Origin: Lama guanicoe
Taxonomy: Eukaryota
Assembly (NCBI GenBank): GCA_013239625.1
Contig: MU054187.1
Location: 19,749,929 to 19,812,097, forward strand
Length of the DNA: 62,169 nt
Direction of reading: 5' to 3'
A program made the position numbers and the translations under genes. The notes under the pieces are model-generated. The model had not been told where the DNA came from, did not search any database, and saw only the letters and a list, made by a program, of their open reading frames with translations. This document shows, piece by piece, positions 23,933 through 36,576 of the stretch (position 1 is its first letter; every line of letters starts with the position of its first letter).

Positions 23933-26149
23933 TGTATAAAGAACAATAGATTTCTCTTTCATATTTGATTTGTCAAAAGGAGCCTCAGAAGTCAGAGTGA
24001 TCTTTGATATGTCTAATAGTTGCTCCTCTCCCCTTTAGCTTTCAGGAAAAAGATTTTCTCCTTTAATTTTGTCTTTGCTAAAAAAAACAGTATTATCATG
24101 GGAAAAAAAAGCCTTTTCCCCTCTTAAGCTTACAACCTACAACTCAAATTTAAGACAGCTTTTATCTTGGTACAATTGACAAACAACTTCAGCTCAGGTG
24201 GTTTAACAAGAGGCTGCAGTCCCTGTGGTTCTCCTCCTCCTCCGTGCCTGTCACGCCTCATGTTTGCAGGATGGTTCGCATTGTATCTCTGGATTCCACC
24301 TGAGGTCAAAACAAGAGGAGGGGGTCTGTAGCATGTTTACCTCCTTACAGGAAAAGCAAGAGAATCCCTGGAAGCTCCTAGCAGACATCCGTTTGTCTCA
24401 CTGGCCACAAACCTAGCTGGGAGAGGAGCTGAGAAAACAGTATTAAGTTAATTCAATTCCTATTTGGGAGGTGGCAAAGGAGAAGGGGGGTGCAAATGTC
24501 TGTGGGATTTGTCCATGAGTGGTGTTTGTTATGTAGGGGCCTGGAAGACTGGACTGGCTGATCAGCTCCTTCTAGAAGAGTCTACCAGTCATGAGCTTAA
24601 TCCCCCCAAGGTGGGGTTTGTATTTCACACTGTTGTAGCAAAGGACTTCGGCCATCCCCTGACTAACACTAACATCTCTTTGACTACAGTTAGCTGGGTG
24701 GTGACAGTACATTGCAGTGTTTGATGTCTACGCCTGGTCTAACGAGTGTCTAAAGCAATACCTTTCATCTACTGGGTATATGTTGGCTGTATTGTTTATT
24801 GTTTGTTTTGTGCAGAGGAAGTAGCACCGTTCTACTTTTCTGTCAATGATAAATATAAGAAAGTGGTGAGTAGGGTCTGTTCTAATTTGAGGCTACGGTT
24901 AAAACCATAATTTGAGTTAATATTGTGTTCTGGCCAAGAACCTGCGCATAGCTACCAGAAGACGGCGGTTCTAAATTTGCATTCCATGTTCACTGGTTTT
25001 ACTTAAAGCATCATCTAAAGTAATTGGTATAATTACTGGCCTCACTTAATGGTGCAGTAATTGGGTTTGTACAAGCTATGACGAGTTTAAAAATATCATT
25101 CAGAGCTAAGACTTTATCAGAACAAAAATACATCTGTTCCAATAGAAGAACTTAAATAGGGAAGAAAATTGGAGTCAAGAGAAAACAAGATAACTCACAA
25201 GGTACAGCTACAGGTGAACTTCAGTTTGGCTTAGAGCTGCCCAGAAAACAAAAAAGAGAGACAGTAACGCAGTCTTTAAGATAAAAACAAATCAACTGTT
25301 CAGGAGAAGCAACGGTTTTACTGGAACTGATGTCTAGAGAACATTCTCCCATGAGTTCCCACAAAGGGTACACCATGCGACAGAGAAGGCACCAGCTTTA
25401 AAAACACATGTATTGAAAATACAAGTTCTGATGGCTGTTTTTGCTAGTAGAAGCCAACAGCACAGAAGCAAAGTGCAACGCAGTAAAGCTAATTCCACGA
25501 AGAATCAGAACGTCGATCAAATGTGTAGCTCTTTGAAAATCTCCTGGAAGATAAAATTTAGATTCCTTTCTTTACTAGCTAGGAATGCAAACTTGTTTTA
25601 ACATAATCTAAAACCTCCTCTCTTCCCAGAAAGAAATGAAACTCCATTTTAAAACCAACTAATTATTCTTAGACCTAAGGCCACTATTCCCTTCTAAGCT
25701 TACAGAGAGGTGGAATAGAGTATATAAATGATTTATCTGAGAACTATGGTTTTCTAAATAAATGTGCTTTATTTAAATGGCTAATCTCAATATAGTAGAC
25801 AGAACACATTTTAAAATGCTAAATTTTATGGCTGTTCTTCTTATACGTGGATTTAATTTTCAAAACATTAAGTTAAAAGATTATCCACAAAAATGTTTTC
25901 TGTTTCAGCTATGTTCAAATTTTTTTATTAATATTGGTTACATCTGAAGTGCGCTGTCACCTATTTACAAAGACTTAAAATGATCAGTTATATAAGGTGC
26001 AAACTTAAAAAGAAAATCGCAGACTCATTCCACATCTGTAAATGCAGCAGTTAACATTAATTAAATTTTCAATAACTGGAAAGGATAAGAAGAACACAGA
26101 AACTGGAGGAGAAAAATGGTATTCAAGATCCGAACAATACACATCTACT

Positions 26150-28096
26150 GTTGTACCGAAAAAATAATTTATTGAATCAGCATAATACTGGGAATAAAAT
26201 GCATTATAAAAGTAAAAAAAGTAAAACCTAAATATAAATAATAGTGGTTTCCCTAATTAACAACTTTTTCTTCACTCATCCAAAATTTTAAATACAGTCT
26301 TCTGAAAGGTCAGATTTTGAAAGTGAACGGTTCACTTTAAAACAGACACGTATGTAGCACTGTAATATCTGGAATTTAGCAAAGCTCACCTTGCTTGATT
26401 AGACTGAAAGTGATGTTAATTTAAATGATTGTTCTTTTTAAACCTTTTTAAAGCCTAGATAGTATTTTGAAATGAACAAGTAGACCATTTTGTTATATAC
26501 TCTTTCTGTCTCCCAGGATGGTAAACAGATTTTTAATATACTTTGGGGAAAATATTCCGAGACAGAGCATACCCGTGCATTTTGATGAAGACTTGAAAGA
26601 TTTTTGGTATTTAGGTAAAAAGCAGTCTCCTTCTCAGATCAAAGGTTAACCAGCCATTGTATCTGTTAATCTACATCAGCAGAATTTTAAACAACCACAT
26701 CGTAATACATACCTCAAGATACTGTTATACTTTTATGTAGTGAAGGGAAAAAATGGAGATGGTTATTCTTTTTCCCTAGTAAGTTTCCTTCAGTTTTTAG
26801 AAAGCCTATGCAGTTCAATATACCAACTGGGATTTCAAAAATGCTAGCATGATTGCAATGCTTATTAACAGCAATACGCAAAGTAGTAGAAATATAATAT
26901 AAATAAGTAACTTCATACTATAAAAATGAAACAAAGCACACTCCATAACTATATGCAAAGCAGAAATAAATTTTTCATATAGCAGACTCGCAGACCCTAG
27001 GAGACGTCTGTAAAAAGTGAAATAGTGAAGGCACTGCATAATTCTTTTTCCTAATTCCACTTACTAAAGAAATTCACCAATTAAACTTGGCACAAAAGAG
27101 TTTAATCACCATAAAGTGCATCACTTGGCTAAATACATTAAAAAGAAAATCAGCATCAATAATTATAGTGACATTTTCACATACACAGAAACAAAGATAT
27201 AATGCCAGGAGTTGACATACAAGCTCTGCAGGATATATGGCTTTTTATCTTTAATTTTTTTGTACTACTGCCTATTTGCTTAGAATCTATATTTTCAACA
27301 GAGTATGCCTTGATTAGCAAAAAGAGGTAGTGTTCTGAAAAAGGCAAACCCACTGATTCTACGATAGAGCTTTAAGATAAAGATTATGTGGAAAATAAAC
27401 AAGTATAATATATAATACACTGGTATACTTATAGTATTTTGATATTATTGAATTAGCTTTTAAAATCAAGGCTATTTTATCACTTTAGCTATATTATTAC
27501 AGCTCTTTCGAAGAGTTTCCCTTTGGTACTAGAAAGTTTTCTTCTTTCAAATAGTAACATTCCAAATAAGCAACTTTCATTTAGAGATGACAAACATGTT
27601 AATATTTTAAACTCAGTTCATCTTTACCACTGATTTAAACCATCAACGAAAATATATCATCATGTCAGAGACACAAAGAAGTATATATCCAACCAGACAG
27701 CAACATGCAATTTATGTCCACTTAACTAATATAACTGTGATTTTAACACACACACACACACGCATGCACGTGTGTACACCCACATTAGTCTGGAGCAATA
27801 TACTGGCAAAACACCAATATAATTTATGTACATTATTTAAGGGCCTTGATGGCAAAACTCTAACTAGACTTTTTTTTAGTGTATTAAATACAGTTTGTCT
27901 AAAAGACAATTAAAATAACAGTGAATATATTTCTTACCCCAATAACTTAAGAGAAACTTTTCTTTATGTAAACTTTATACATGTGCAATCTTGCTACTTT
28001 CTGTAATAGCTTCAGTCTCTTTTCTCTTTTTAAATATTTGCCACTCTACTCTACGTTTGCAGAAATGTAAAAATGGGAGGAACTGCTTGTGACGCA
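26150..28096 (-). other. SNX16: SNX16 3' UTR (~1.95 kb, end approximate)
   Basis: Repeat-poor AU-rich stretch after the stop, ending near AATAAA (plus-strand tttatt 26168-26173). Confidence 0.65.
26168..26173 (-). terminator. Candidate SNX16 poly(A) signal AATAAA
   Basis: Canonical hexamer on the - strand with GU-rich sequence downstream; a second hexamer lies at 25768-25773. Confidence 0.55.
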
Positions 28097-28193
28097 TTAG
28101 TCTTCTTCGGCATTATATGCCACTTCCGCTACTTCTATGTCTGATACAGAATTTTCAGGCTCATGAGAACTTACGTATTGCTTATTATCAGCT
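28097..28193 (-). CDS. SNX16: SNX16 last coding exon, stop TAA
   Basis: long poly-T tract then tgcag|A; ADNKQYVSSHEPENSVSDIEVAEVAYNAEED*; the seven exons sum to 1035 nt = 344 aa + stop with consistent phases. Confidence 0.95.
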
Positions 28194-28947
28194 CTGCAAA
28201 AAAAAGAAAAAAAAAAAAGAGAGAGAAATAGATCAGTGAAGAGACTGGCTGCATGCTATTTCACTTCACTAGTACCTTTAAAATTTGTTACCTCATGTAA
28301 AGAATATTTAAATATTGAATGGAAAAATATTTAATAAAAAAGAATATTTAAGTTTTCAATCGGAAATTCATTATTTTAAAGTTGTCGCTGCCAGACTGCA
28401 CCTTTGGAGATATATTTGCACCTCTTTCAGTTCTCTCAACTGCCATTTTTCAATAAAAATTAAGTTTGCAATGACCTTTTCCAACATAAAACCTCATACT
28501 TACAGCTTAACCACTACCACTGAAGTATTAATGGTGACCTTTTAATTTATATGTAATAAAAATTTGGTGTGCTTTCAAATACACTATCTTCTCATCATTC
28601 CTATTAGGTAAGCAGGGTGCTTGCTATTATAGTGTCCCACTCTTTGCAAGGAAAAGACTGACACTGAGAGAAATTGAAGTAATGTGTCAAGATAACAAAA
28701 TTAAAAAATTGTAACTGAGTCACAGCTCAGTTAATACAGATGTTATCTTCAAAATAAGTAATAAAATTTAGAGCCTGGATGCCAAAGATTCATTTTAGGA
28801 ACAGCCTAGAATAGCCGTGGTCTCTTTTTGCTCAGCAGACTCATGATACAGTAACACTGCGCTCATAAAAACACACTCTTAGAGTATTAGGACCATTTCC
28901 CTCCAGGTAGTCACATGATTAGATTATAACAAACCAAACCTATATAC

Positions 28948-29067
28948 CTAGATTCTTCGTCCAAGACCTCTTGATCAACCTCAAGTGCAGAAGGCTCCGC
29001 CTTTAGGATCTGTCCACCTTCCGTTCCTGACATGAGCAGTGATTCTTCAGGTTCTAAAGATAACGCC
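28948..29067 (-). CDS. SNX16: SNX16 coding exon
   Basis: cttttag|G ... AG|gtatat; 120 nt; [39 protein letters not shown](R). Confidence 0.93.
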
Positions 29068-29592
29068 CTAAAAGTAAAGCACAGCAACAAGCCCCTTTTA
29101 TGAATAATAGGTGTGTATTTATCGCTGTGAATACACGTGGCTTTAGCAGCCTTCAGCTGTTCTTAACACAGTCATGCACCTGATAACCTGCCACCTCTGG
29201 GAGTCAACAGAGAAATCAGTGCTTAAGACTAATTTAAAATGATTCTTAACATCAATTCAAAATACGCTGACAAGAAGGCAAACCAGGAATTTCATCTGCG
29301 AAAAGTTGTCATAAATGCCTAGAAACAAAGGTACCATTTAAATAGGTTAAAATAAATCATATTTGTCTTGTTGAACACCTAGAGGTTTATTTTCCAGATG
29401 TTTCCTGTCCTTCAAATCTTCAGCCTCCTAAATAATCAAAAGCCAGACAATTCCCCCAATCTACAAGGAAGTACTCCAAAAGTCTAAGACTTTTAGAATC
29501 AGAAATTTCCTAAATTATATCAACATACAAAGGGCACGTATCCTAGAGCGCTGAGCTGAGTTAGTCAGACTAAAATCAGCGTCACAGCACAC

Positions 29593-29729
29593 CTGAGTCT
29601 GTTTTCCAACGTGTCTATATGAAGTTGCTTTTCACTGAGCAGTTTCTTCAGTGATTCCAACTCTTTCTGTTTTTCAAGTAGTTCTTTTTGGAAACGGTAG
29701 TTTGTCTCTTCTAAAGTTTCACAGAAAGC
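29593..29729 (-). CDS. SNX16: SNX16 coding exon (coiled coil)
   Basis: ttttaag|GCT ... AG|gtgtgc; 137 nt; [45 protein letters not shown](R). Confidence 0.95.
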
Positions 29730-30199
29730 CTTAAAAACAAACAACAAATAAAAAACACAAGCAGAAAAATAAAATTCAATAGTTACACAGTATCTTTCTC
29801 AAGAGCATCACTGAAGAGTCAGAGAACACAGGTCAACAAAATAATATGAATACAATCCAACAATTTATTCCCTACCCTCATCTTTTTAGGTCTCTGCTGT
29901 CTTAGACCCCACCTACTGGGGACTTAGAACGATATTTAGAACTACAAGTCCCCTTTCTTTAGAATTATTAAGTAGTAAGCCAGGGTGACTGAAATGAAGC
30001 TGATCTCTCTCCAGTGTATACTTGGGAAAAAAATGGGAAAAAAGATGACTGATAACCACTGTTTTAGTTTCTATTCTTCTTAGTCTGTTTTTGCCCAGTC
30101 CTGATAATTCAACTTAAAAAAAAATTCAGCTATTGATTCCCTTAGAAGACATTCACTGTGATAATAACTTCCAGCAACATGTATAATGACCTTAAAGTA

Positions 30200-32020
30200 T
30201 TTTTTAAAAGGCCACTATTAAAAAAATATCACTTATACTCAAGACAAGCCAATCAGAATGTCAAGACATGAAAAATATAGTTAATAACATTAAAATTGTA
30301 ATAGAAGGATCAAATAATAGAATAATCCTCTCTGAAAATAATATAATAAACTACAGAACTAATAGTAAGCTAGAGTTACAAAAATTACCCAGAATGAAGC
30401 ACACAGAGATGGATAGTATGAAGGAAAGGCTAAGACAGATAGAAAAGGAAAATAACTAAACAAACATTTGTAAACAGAATTCCAAAAAGAGAGAACAGAG
30501 AAAATGAGGAGAAGCAATACTCAGAAAACAGTCAAGAATTTTCAGAACTGATTCACAACCAATTCAGAACTGAAAACTAGCATTTTCAGATCTGGAAAGA
30601 ATAACAAATGCACCCCAAAGAAGACAAAAAATACCCACCCCCCAGATACAAGACAGTAAAACTGCAAATGCCAAAATCAAAGAGAAGATCTCTGAAACAC
30701 CAGGAAAATCTCCAGTTTATTATCAAGGGACAATAATGAACTGAGAATACATGTCTCATAGCCATAGTCTACGTCAAAGGCAGTGGAAAATACGTCAAAG
30801 TGCTGAGAAAAACAACTATCAAGGTAGAATTCTGACCCAGTTAAATCATATTTCAAGATGAGAGAAAGATTTTTAAAAATTTCAGACATTAAAAGCCTAA
30901 ACACTGCCAATGATGCACTTTAAGAAGTTAACTAAACCCCAATGGGAAGAGTGACATGAAAAATTCATAATGATTAGGAAAGAGAGCGGCAAACATGCAG
31001 GTAAATCAAAAGCAGCACTGACTTAATAGAGCATAATGGTTAACTCTGGGGTGAGCTGTGAACAACTTGGTTCTAAATTATTTGATGAGAAAAATATATG
31101 ACCATTAAATAAAAGACAGTGAACACAGAGCTTAGAAACCAAGAACAGAGAAAAGAAGGAATGAAAGAAAACTCATTGAACATATAAAAGGCAGGAAAGG
31201 AGAAAAAGTACCATTAGAAAAGCAGGGTGAATAAAAAGCACAAAATGAAATGGCAGAAATAAATATAAATATATTGGTAATTACTATATCCATAAGAATA
31301 AACTCACCAGTTAAAAAATAGATTTTTCTGATTTTATTTAAAAAAAAGATCTACTTCTCTGACGTCAACAAGAAACACACTGAAAATATAAAGGTTAAAA
31401 AATACTTCTCAGGCAATAGGAAAATCTGATCCTTCCCCCCAACAAAAGATGTAGTTTTCTTAGTATCAGACTGGATGTATTTCTAGGTGAAAAACATTAT
31501 TAAGCACAAAAGGAGTCACTATATAATAATAAAAGGAATGATTCACCAGGAATACTTCAACTACAGAATTCCAAGGATAAATTTAATAAATACACAACCA
31601 TAACCAGTGAATTCAATATACAACTTTTGGTAATCAATGGATTAAACAGAAAAAAAATTAGTAAATATTTAAAAGATTTGAACAATACAATTAACAAGCT
31701 TGATCTGATAGACATACACTGAACCCTAAGCACAACAATTTGGAAACATACTCTTTCCAAACATACGTGGGAAATTTAGAAAATTTATCACATACACGCA
31801 GATCATAAAGATTACAAACCACGGCCTCAACAGTAACAATCAGTGTCATAGAACATATATTCTGTGACAAAAATGCAAGTAGATGAAGAAAGTCAAGAGT
31901 ATAAGGAAAAAATTTAAAAAGCTTGAAAAATTTAAGAGAGTTCTGAGTTTAGGGGAAAGGAAGGTATTTTTAAAGAACACTATATAAAATATGAATGATA
32001 ACAAAAATACTATTTATTAA
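30200..32020 (+). mobile_element. Ancient L1 (ORF1 to ORF2 5' remnant)
   Basis: Degenerate A-rich L1 sequence with endonuclease-region motifs. Confidence 0.65.
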
Positions 32021-34033
32021 GACTCTTCTTAGGCCTCCCTAGTCCCTGAGACACAATAATATTGAAATTAGGCCAATTAATAACCCGACAATGGCCTCTA
32101 AGTGTTCAAGTGAAAGGAAGTGTTGTATGTCTTACTTTAAATCAAAAGCTAGAAATGATTAAGCTGAGTGAGGAAGGTATGTCGAAAGTCAAGACAGGCC
32201 AAAGCTAGGCCTCTGTATCAGTTAGCCAAGCTTGAAAACAGGGAAAGTCCATGCAGGAAGTTTACAGTGCTACTCCAGGGAGCCCGTGAACGTGAGACAG
32301 CGAAACAGCCTTACTGCTGACATGGACAGAGTCTGAGTGGGCTGGACAGATCAAACCAGCCACAACACTCCCTCCAGCCAAAGCCTAGTCCAGAGCAAGA
32401 CCCTAACTCTATTCAATTCTATAAAGGCTGAGAGCGGTGAGGGAGCTGCAGAAGAAAAGTCTGGAGCTAGCAGAGGCTGGTTCTTGAGGTTTAAGGAAAG
32501 GAGCCGTCTCCATAACATAAAAACAAAATGAACCTGATGTAGGAGCCACAGCAAGTTATCCAGAAGATCTAGCTAAGACAATTAATGAAGGTGGTTACAT
32601 GAAACTACAGACTTGCAGTGTACATGCAACCACTCTGTATCGGAAGAAGATGCCACCCAGGACTCTCATAGCTGCAGAAGAGAAGTCAATGGCCAACTTC
32701 AAAGCTTCAAAAGACAGGCTAACTCTCCTGTTAGAGGCTATAAAACTTTTAGGAAAAAAAAATACGGGAAAATCTTTGTGGCCCTGTGCTGGGCAAAGAG
32801 TTCTTATAATATCAAAAGCATAAGCCATAAAAGAAAAGTGATAAAGTGAACTTCATTATAATTAAAAACATTAGCACATTGAATATTCTAAGCTCACCGT
32901 TGAGAACTACTGCTCAGAAAAATTCCTTTCAAAATATTATTGATCATTATCAATACACCTGGTCACCCAAGCACTCTGAGAGAGATGGACAAGATTAATG
33001 TTGTTTTTGTGCCTAATGATACAACATCCATTCTGCAGCTCATGGGTCAAAGAATAATTTTGACTTTCTTATTATTTAAGAAAGTCTTATTGTTTAAGAA
33101 ATACATTTCATAAGTCTATATAGCTGCCATTGATAGTGATTCCTCTGATAGATCTGGGCAAAAGTCTGTTGAAAACTTGGGAAGAATTTACCACTCTGGA
33201 CACCATTAAGAGCATTTGTGATTCATGAGAAGAGGTCAAAATGTTAACATTCACGAGAGTATGGAAGAAGCTGATTCTAACCTTCATGAATGACTTTGAG
33301 GCATTTAAGACTTCAGTGGAGGGAATTTCTGCAGATGTGGTAGAAACAGCCAGAGAACTAGAATTAGAAGTGAGCTTTAGCATGTGACTGAATTGTTGTA
33401 ATCTCACCATAAACCTTTAATGGATGAGGAGTTTCTTTTTAAGAATGAACAAAGAAAAGTGGTTTCTTGAGACAGAATCTACTCCTAGTGAAGATGCTGA
33501 GAAGACTGTAGAAATTACACCAAAGGATTTAGACTATTACATAAACTTAGTTGATACAGCAGTGGCAGGGTTTGAGAGGACTGACTTCAACTGTGGGTTA
33601 AAATGCTATCAAACAGCACTGCATGCAACAGAGAAATCATTTGTGGAAGAAGAGTCAGTCAATGCGGCAAACTTCATTGTTGTCTTATTTTAAGACATCA
33701 CTACAGCTACCCCAGCTTTCAGCAATCAGCATCCTGATCAGCTGGCAGCCATTAACACTGAGCAAGGCTGTTCACCAGCACTAAAGATTAGGACTTGCTA
33801 AAGTCTCAGATGATGGTTAGCAATTTGTAGCAATAAAGTGTATTTTAATTCAGGGGTGTACATTGTTTTTTTAGACATAATGCTATTGCACACTTAACAG
33901 ACTACAGAATAGTGTGTAAATGTAACCTTTATACGCACTGGGAAACCAAAAAATTTGTGACTTGATTTATTGGGATATTTATTTTATCACAGTGGTCTGG
34001 AACCAAGCCTCCAGTATCTCGGAGGTTCGCCTG
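32021..34033 (+). mobile_element. Tigger1 DNA transposon fossil, 5'-truncated, disrupted pogo-type transposase
   Basis: Transposase remnants ([30 protein letters not shown]); 3' terminal repeat ...tatctcggaggttcgcctg followed by TA. Confidence 0.9.
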
Positions 34034-34035
34034 TA

Positions 34036-35534
34036 TTCTGAAGTAGACTACTGTAAGATGCATACTGTAACACCAAGAGCAACTACTAAAAAATAACTAA
34101 GAAAAATTAAAAATTTCCAGAGAAATCAAAATGGCATATGAAAAATATTTATTTCACACAAGAGTAGGCAGTAAAGGAGGAAAAAGATCAAAATTGATGA
34201 GACAGAAAACAAACTGCAAAATGGCAGATATAAAAGGCAGAGAGGTCAGACTGAGTAAAAGACAAAGACCCAATTATATCCTATGTACAAGAGACAGACC
34301 TGAGATTGAAAAATACAGGCTGAAAGTCCAAGGACGGAAAACAGAGTAATGGTGAGAGAGCTGTAATAAATAAGACTGCAGTACTGGCATAAGGACAGGT
34401 AATGAGATCAATGAAAGAGAATTAAAAGTCCAGAAGCAAACCCTTTCTTTCATGTTCATTTGACTTTTGATAAAGGTGCCAATACAATCCATATGGGGTG
34501 TCAACACAATTAGATATCCATAGAAACTTAAGATCCTTACCTCACACCTCATAAAAAAATCAGCTCAGGATGGATCATAGACCTAAACGTAAGAGCTAAA
34601 ACTACAAAACTTTTAGAAAAAAGAATACGGGAAAATCTTTGTGACCCTGTGCTGGGCAAAGAGTTCTTATAATATCAAAAGCATAAGCCATAAAAGAAAA
34701 GTGATAAAGTGAACTTCATTATAATTAAAAACATTAGCACTTCAAAAGACATCATTAAGAAGATAAAAAGATACATACAGACTATGAGAAATGTTTGCAA
34801 ATCATGTATTTGATAAAGGAGTTATAAACAAAATAAACAATTCTTACAACTGAATAAGACAAACAATCCAAATAAAAAAATAGGCAAAAGGCTTAAATAG
34901 ACAATTCCTCAAAGAAAACATGAATGGCAAAAAAGTACATAAAAAAGTGATTAATGTAAAAATCACTATGGAAATACAAGTTAAAACCATAATGAAATAC
35001 CACTGCACACATACAAGAATGGCTATAATCCAAAAGACAGAAAATATCAAATGTTTGTGAGGACAGAGAGAAACTGGAACTCTCACACACTACTGGTGGG
35101 AATGTAAAATGGAATAGCCACTTTAGAAAACAGTCTGTCTCTTGAAAAAGTTAAACACTATTTGCCATATAACCAAACATTCTACTCCTGGGGATCAACC
35201 CAAGAAACATGAAACCTAAGTCCACACAAAGCCTTCTTTGAAACTGTTCATAGCAGCATTATTCGTAATAGCACAAAACTAGAAACAATCCAGATGTCCC
35301 TCAAGCGGTGTGACTGGATAAACAAAATGTGGCATATGTATACAACAGAAAACCATTCAGTAATAAAAAGCAATGAAACACTGAGAGCCCATAACATGGA
35401 TGATGCTCAAAAATGTTAAGTGAAAGAAACTACATGCAAAGATTATAAATACTGTATACTATATATTATGCATACCATACACACGAGATTATATATATTG
35501 CATATTGATTTTACACTTACAGATACACACGCGT

Positions 35535-35579
<45 letters not shown>

Positions 35580-35845
35580 GATTCTATTTTATGAAATATC
35601 CAGAAAAGGCATATTTTCAGAGACTGAGAGCAAGTCAGTAGCTGTCTGGGGCTGTGAGTGTGGAATGACTGCAAACAGCTTGCAGAATTTTTTCTGAACT
35701 AATGGGAATTTCTAACACTGGATTATGGTGATGGTGGCACAACTCCATACATTTACTAGAAGTTACTAGATTTGTACATATACAATGAAATAGCAAACAG
35801 TAAATTTTATGGATGAAAAACTGACTTCAATAAAGCTGTTTTAAA
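34036..35845 (+). mobile_element. L1 (ORF2 3' part and 3' UTR, L1MB/MC-like)
   Basis: tggatcatagacctaaacgtaagagctaaaac, ggtgggaatgtaaaatgg, terminal caataaagctgttttaaaaaa. Confidence 0.85.
35536..35573. repeat. (CA)19 microsatellite
   Basis: Direct reading. Confidence 0.95.
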
Positions 35846-36506
35846 AAAGCTATGGCATTCACTCTAAAACAACTGACTCAGTTTAACTGAAAACATTACA
35901 AACCCACCAATTAAATCTGTTTCATTTAAACACAATTAAACATTTGAGGGAAAAACTTGCATAAAATCCTAGCTAATCTATTATTACCAAATCTGTGAAT
36001 CTAGCCAATTGCTTCAAGAAATAGGCCACTTTAACACGTCAATTAGTGTAATCTGAGTATCATCAAGCTTGAACTGAACTGTTTATAAGACAATGATTTC
36101 TACCTCTGAGGATTCTTTTTTTTAGATTTGATTTTAACTGTAGGTTCTTTACTTTGATACTTAAATGGAAGAAAATTCAGAATGCAAATAATACTTTTAA
36201 ATGTAAAATAAATTTCCAAATAATTTATCTTCTCTGAAACAGTAAAAATAAAGAGAATAAATGTAGGATTTAATTTTAGAGCTTCATTGACTTTATGACA
36301 TGTACAAATTTTTATTTTTTCACTGAATTAGATTCATGTGTTTCAATGAAAGAAAGCTTTGACTCAAACATTAAAAGCTTTCTGTGCAAAACTACCATGG
36401 TCTAAAATTATAATTTTGCTGTTTGCTATTGCATTCAAGAAACAATGCAGTTATTGTACTGTATTATTTGTTCCTCTTTTCATGTGATATATAATACAGC
36501 ACTTAC

Positions 36507-36576
36507 CCTGCTTTCTTCTAGGCTATCAAATGGACCTGGTGGATCATCCAGACAAAGAAATTCTCTCACTGCAAGG
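36507..36576 (-). CDS. SNX16: SNX16 coding exon (end of PX domain, linker)
   Basis: ttttcctttgaaag|CC ... AGG|gtaagt; 70 nt; [23 protein letters not shown]. Confidence 0.95.

Noticed and set aside
32337..33693. ORFs resembling a transposase
   Set aside because: Frameshifted, stop-riddled remnants of Tigger1 with the 5' end missing; not an active or domesticated gene.
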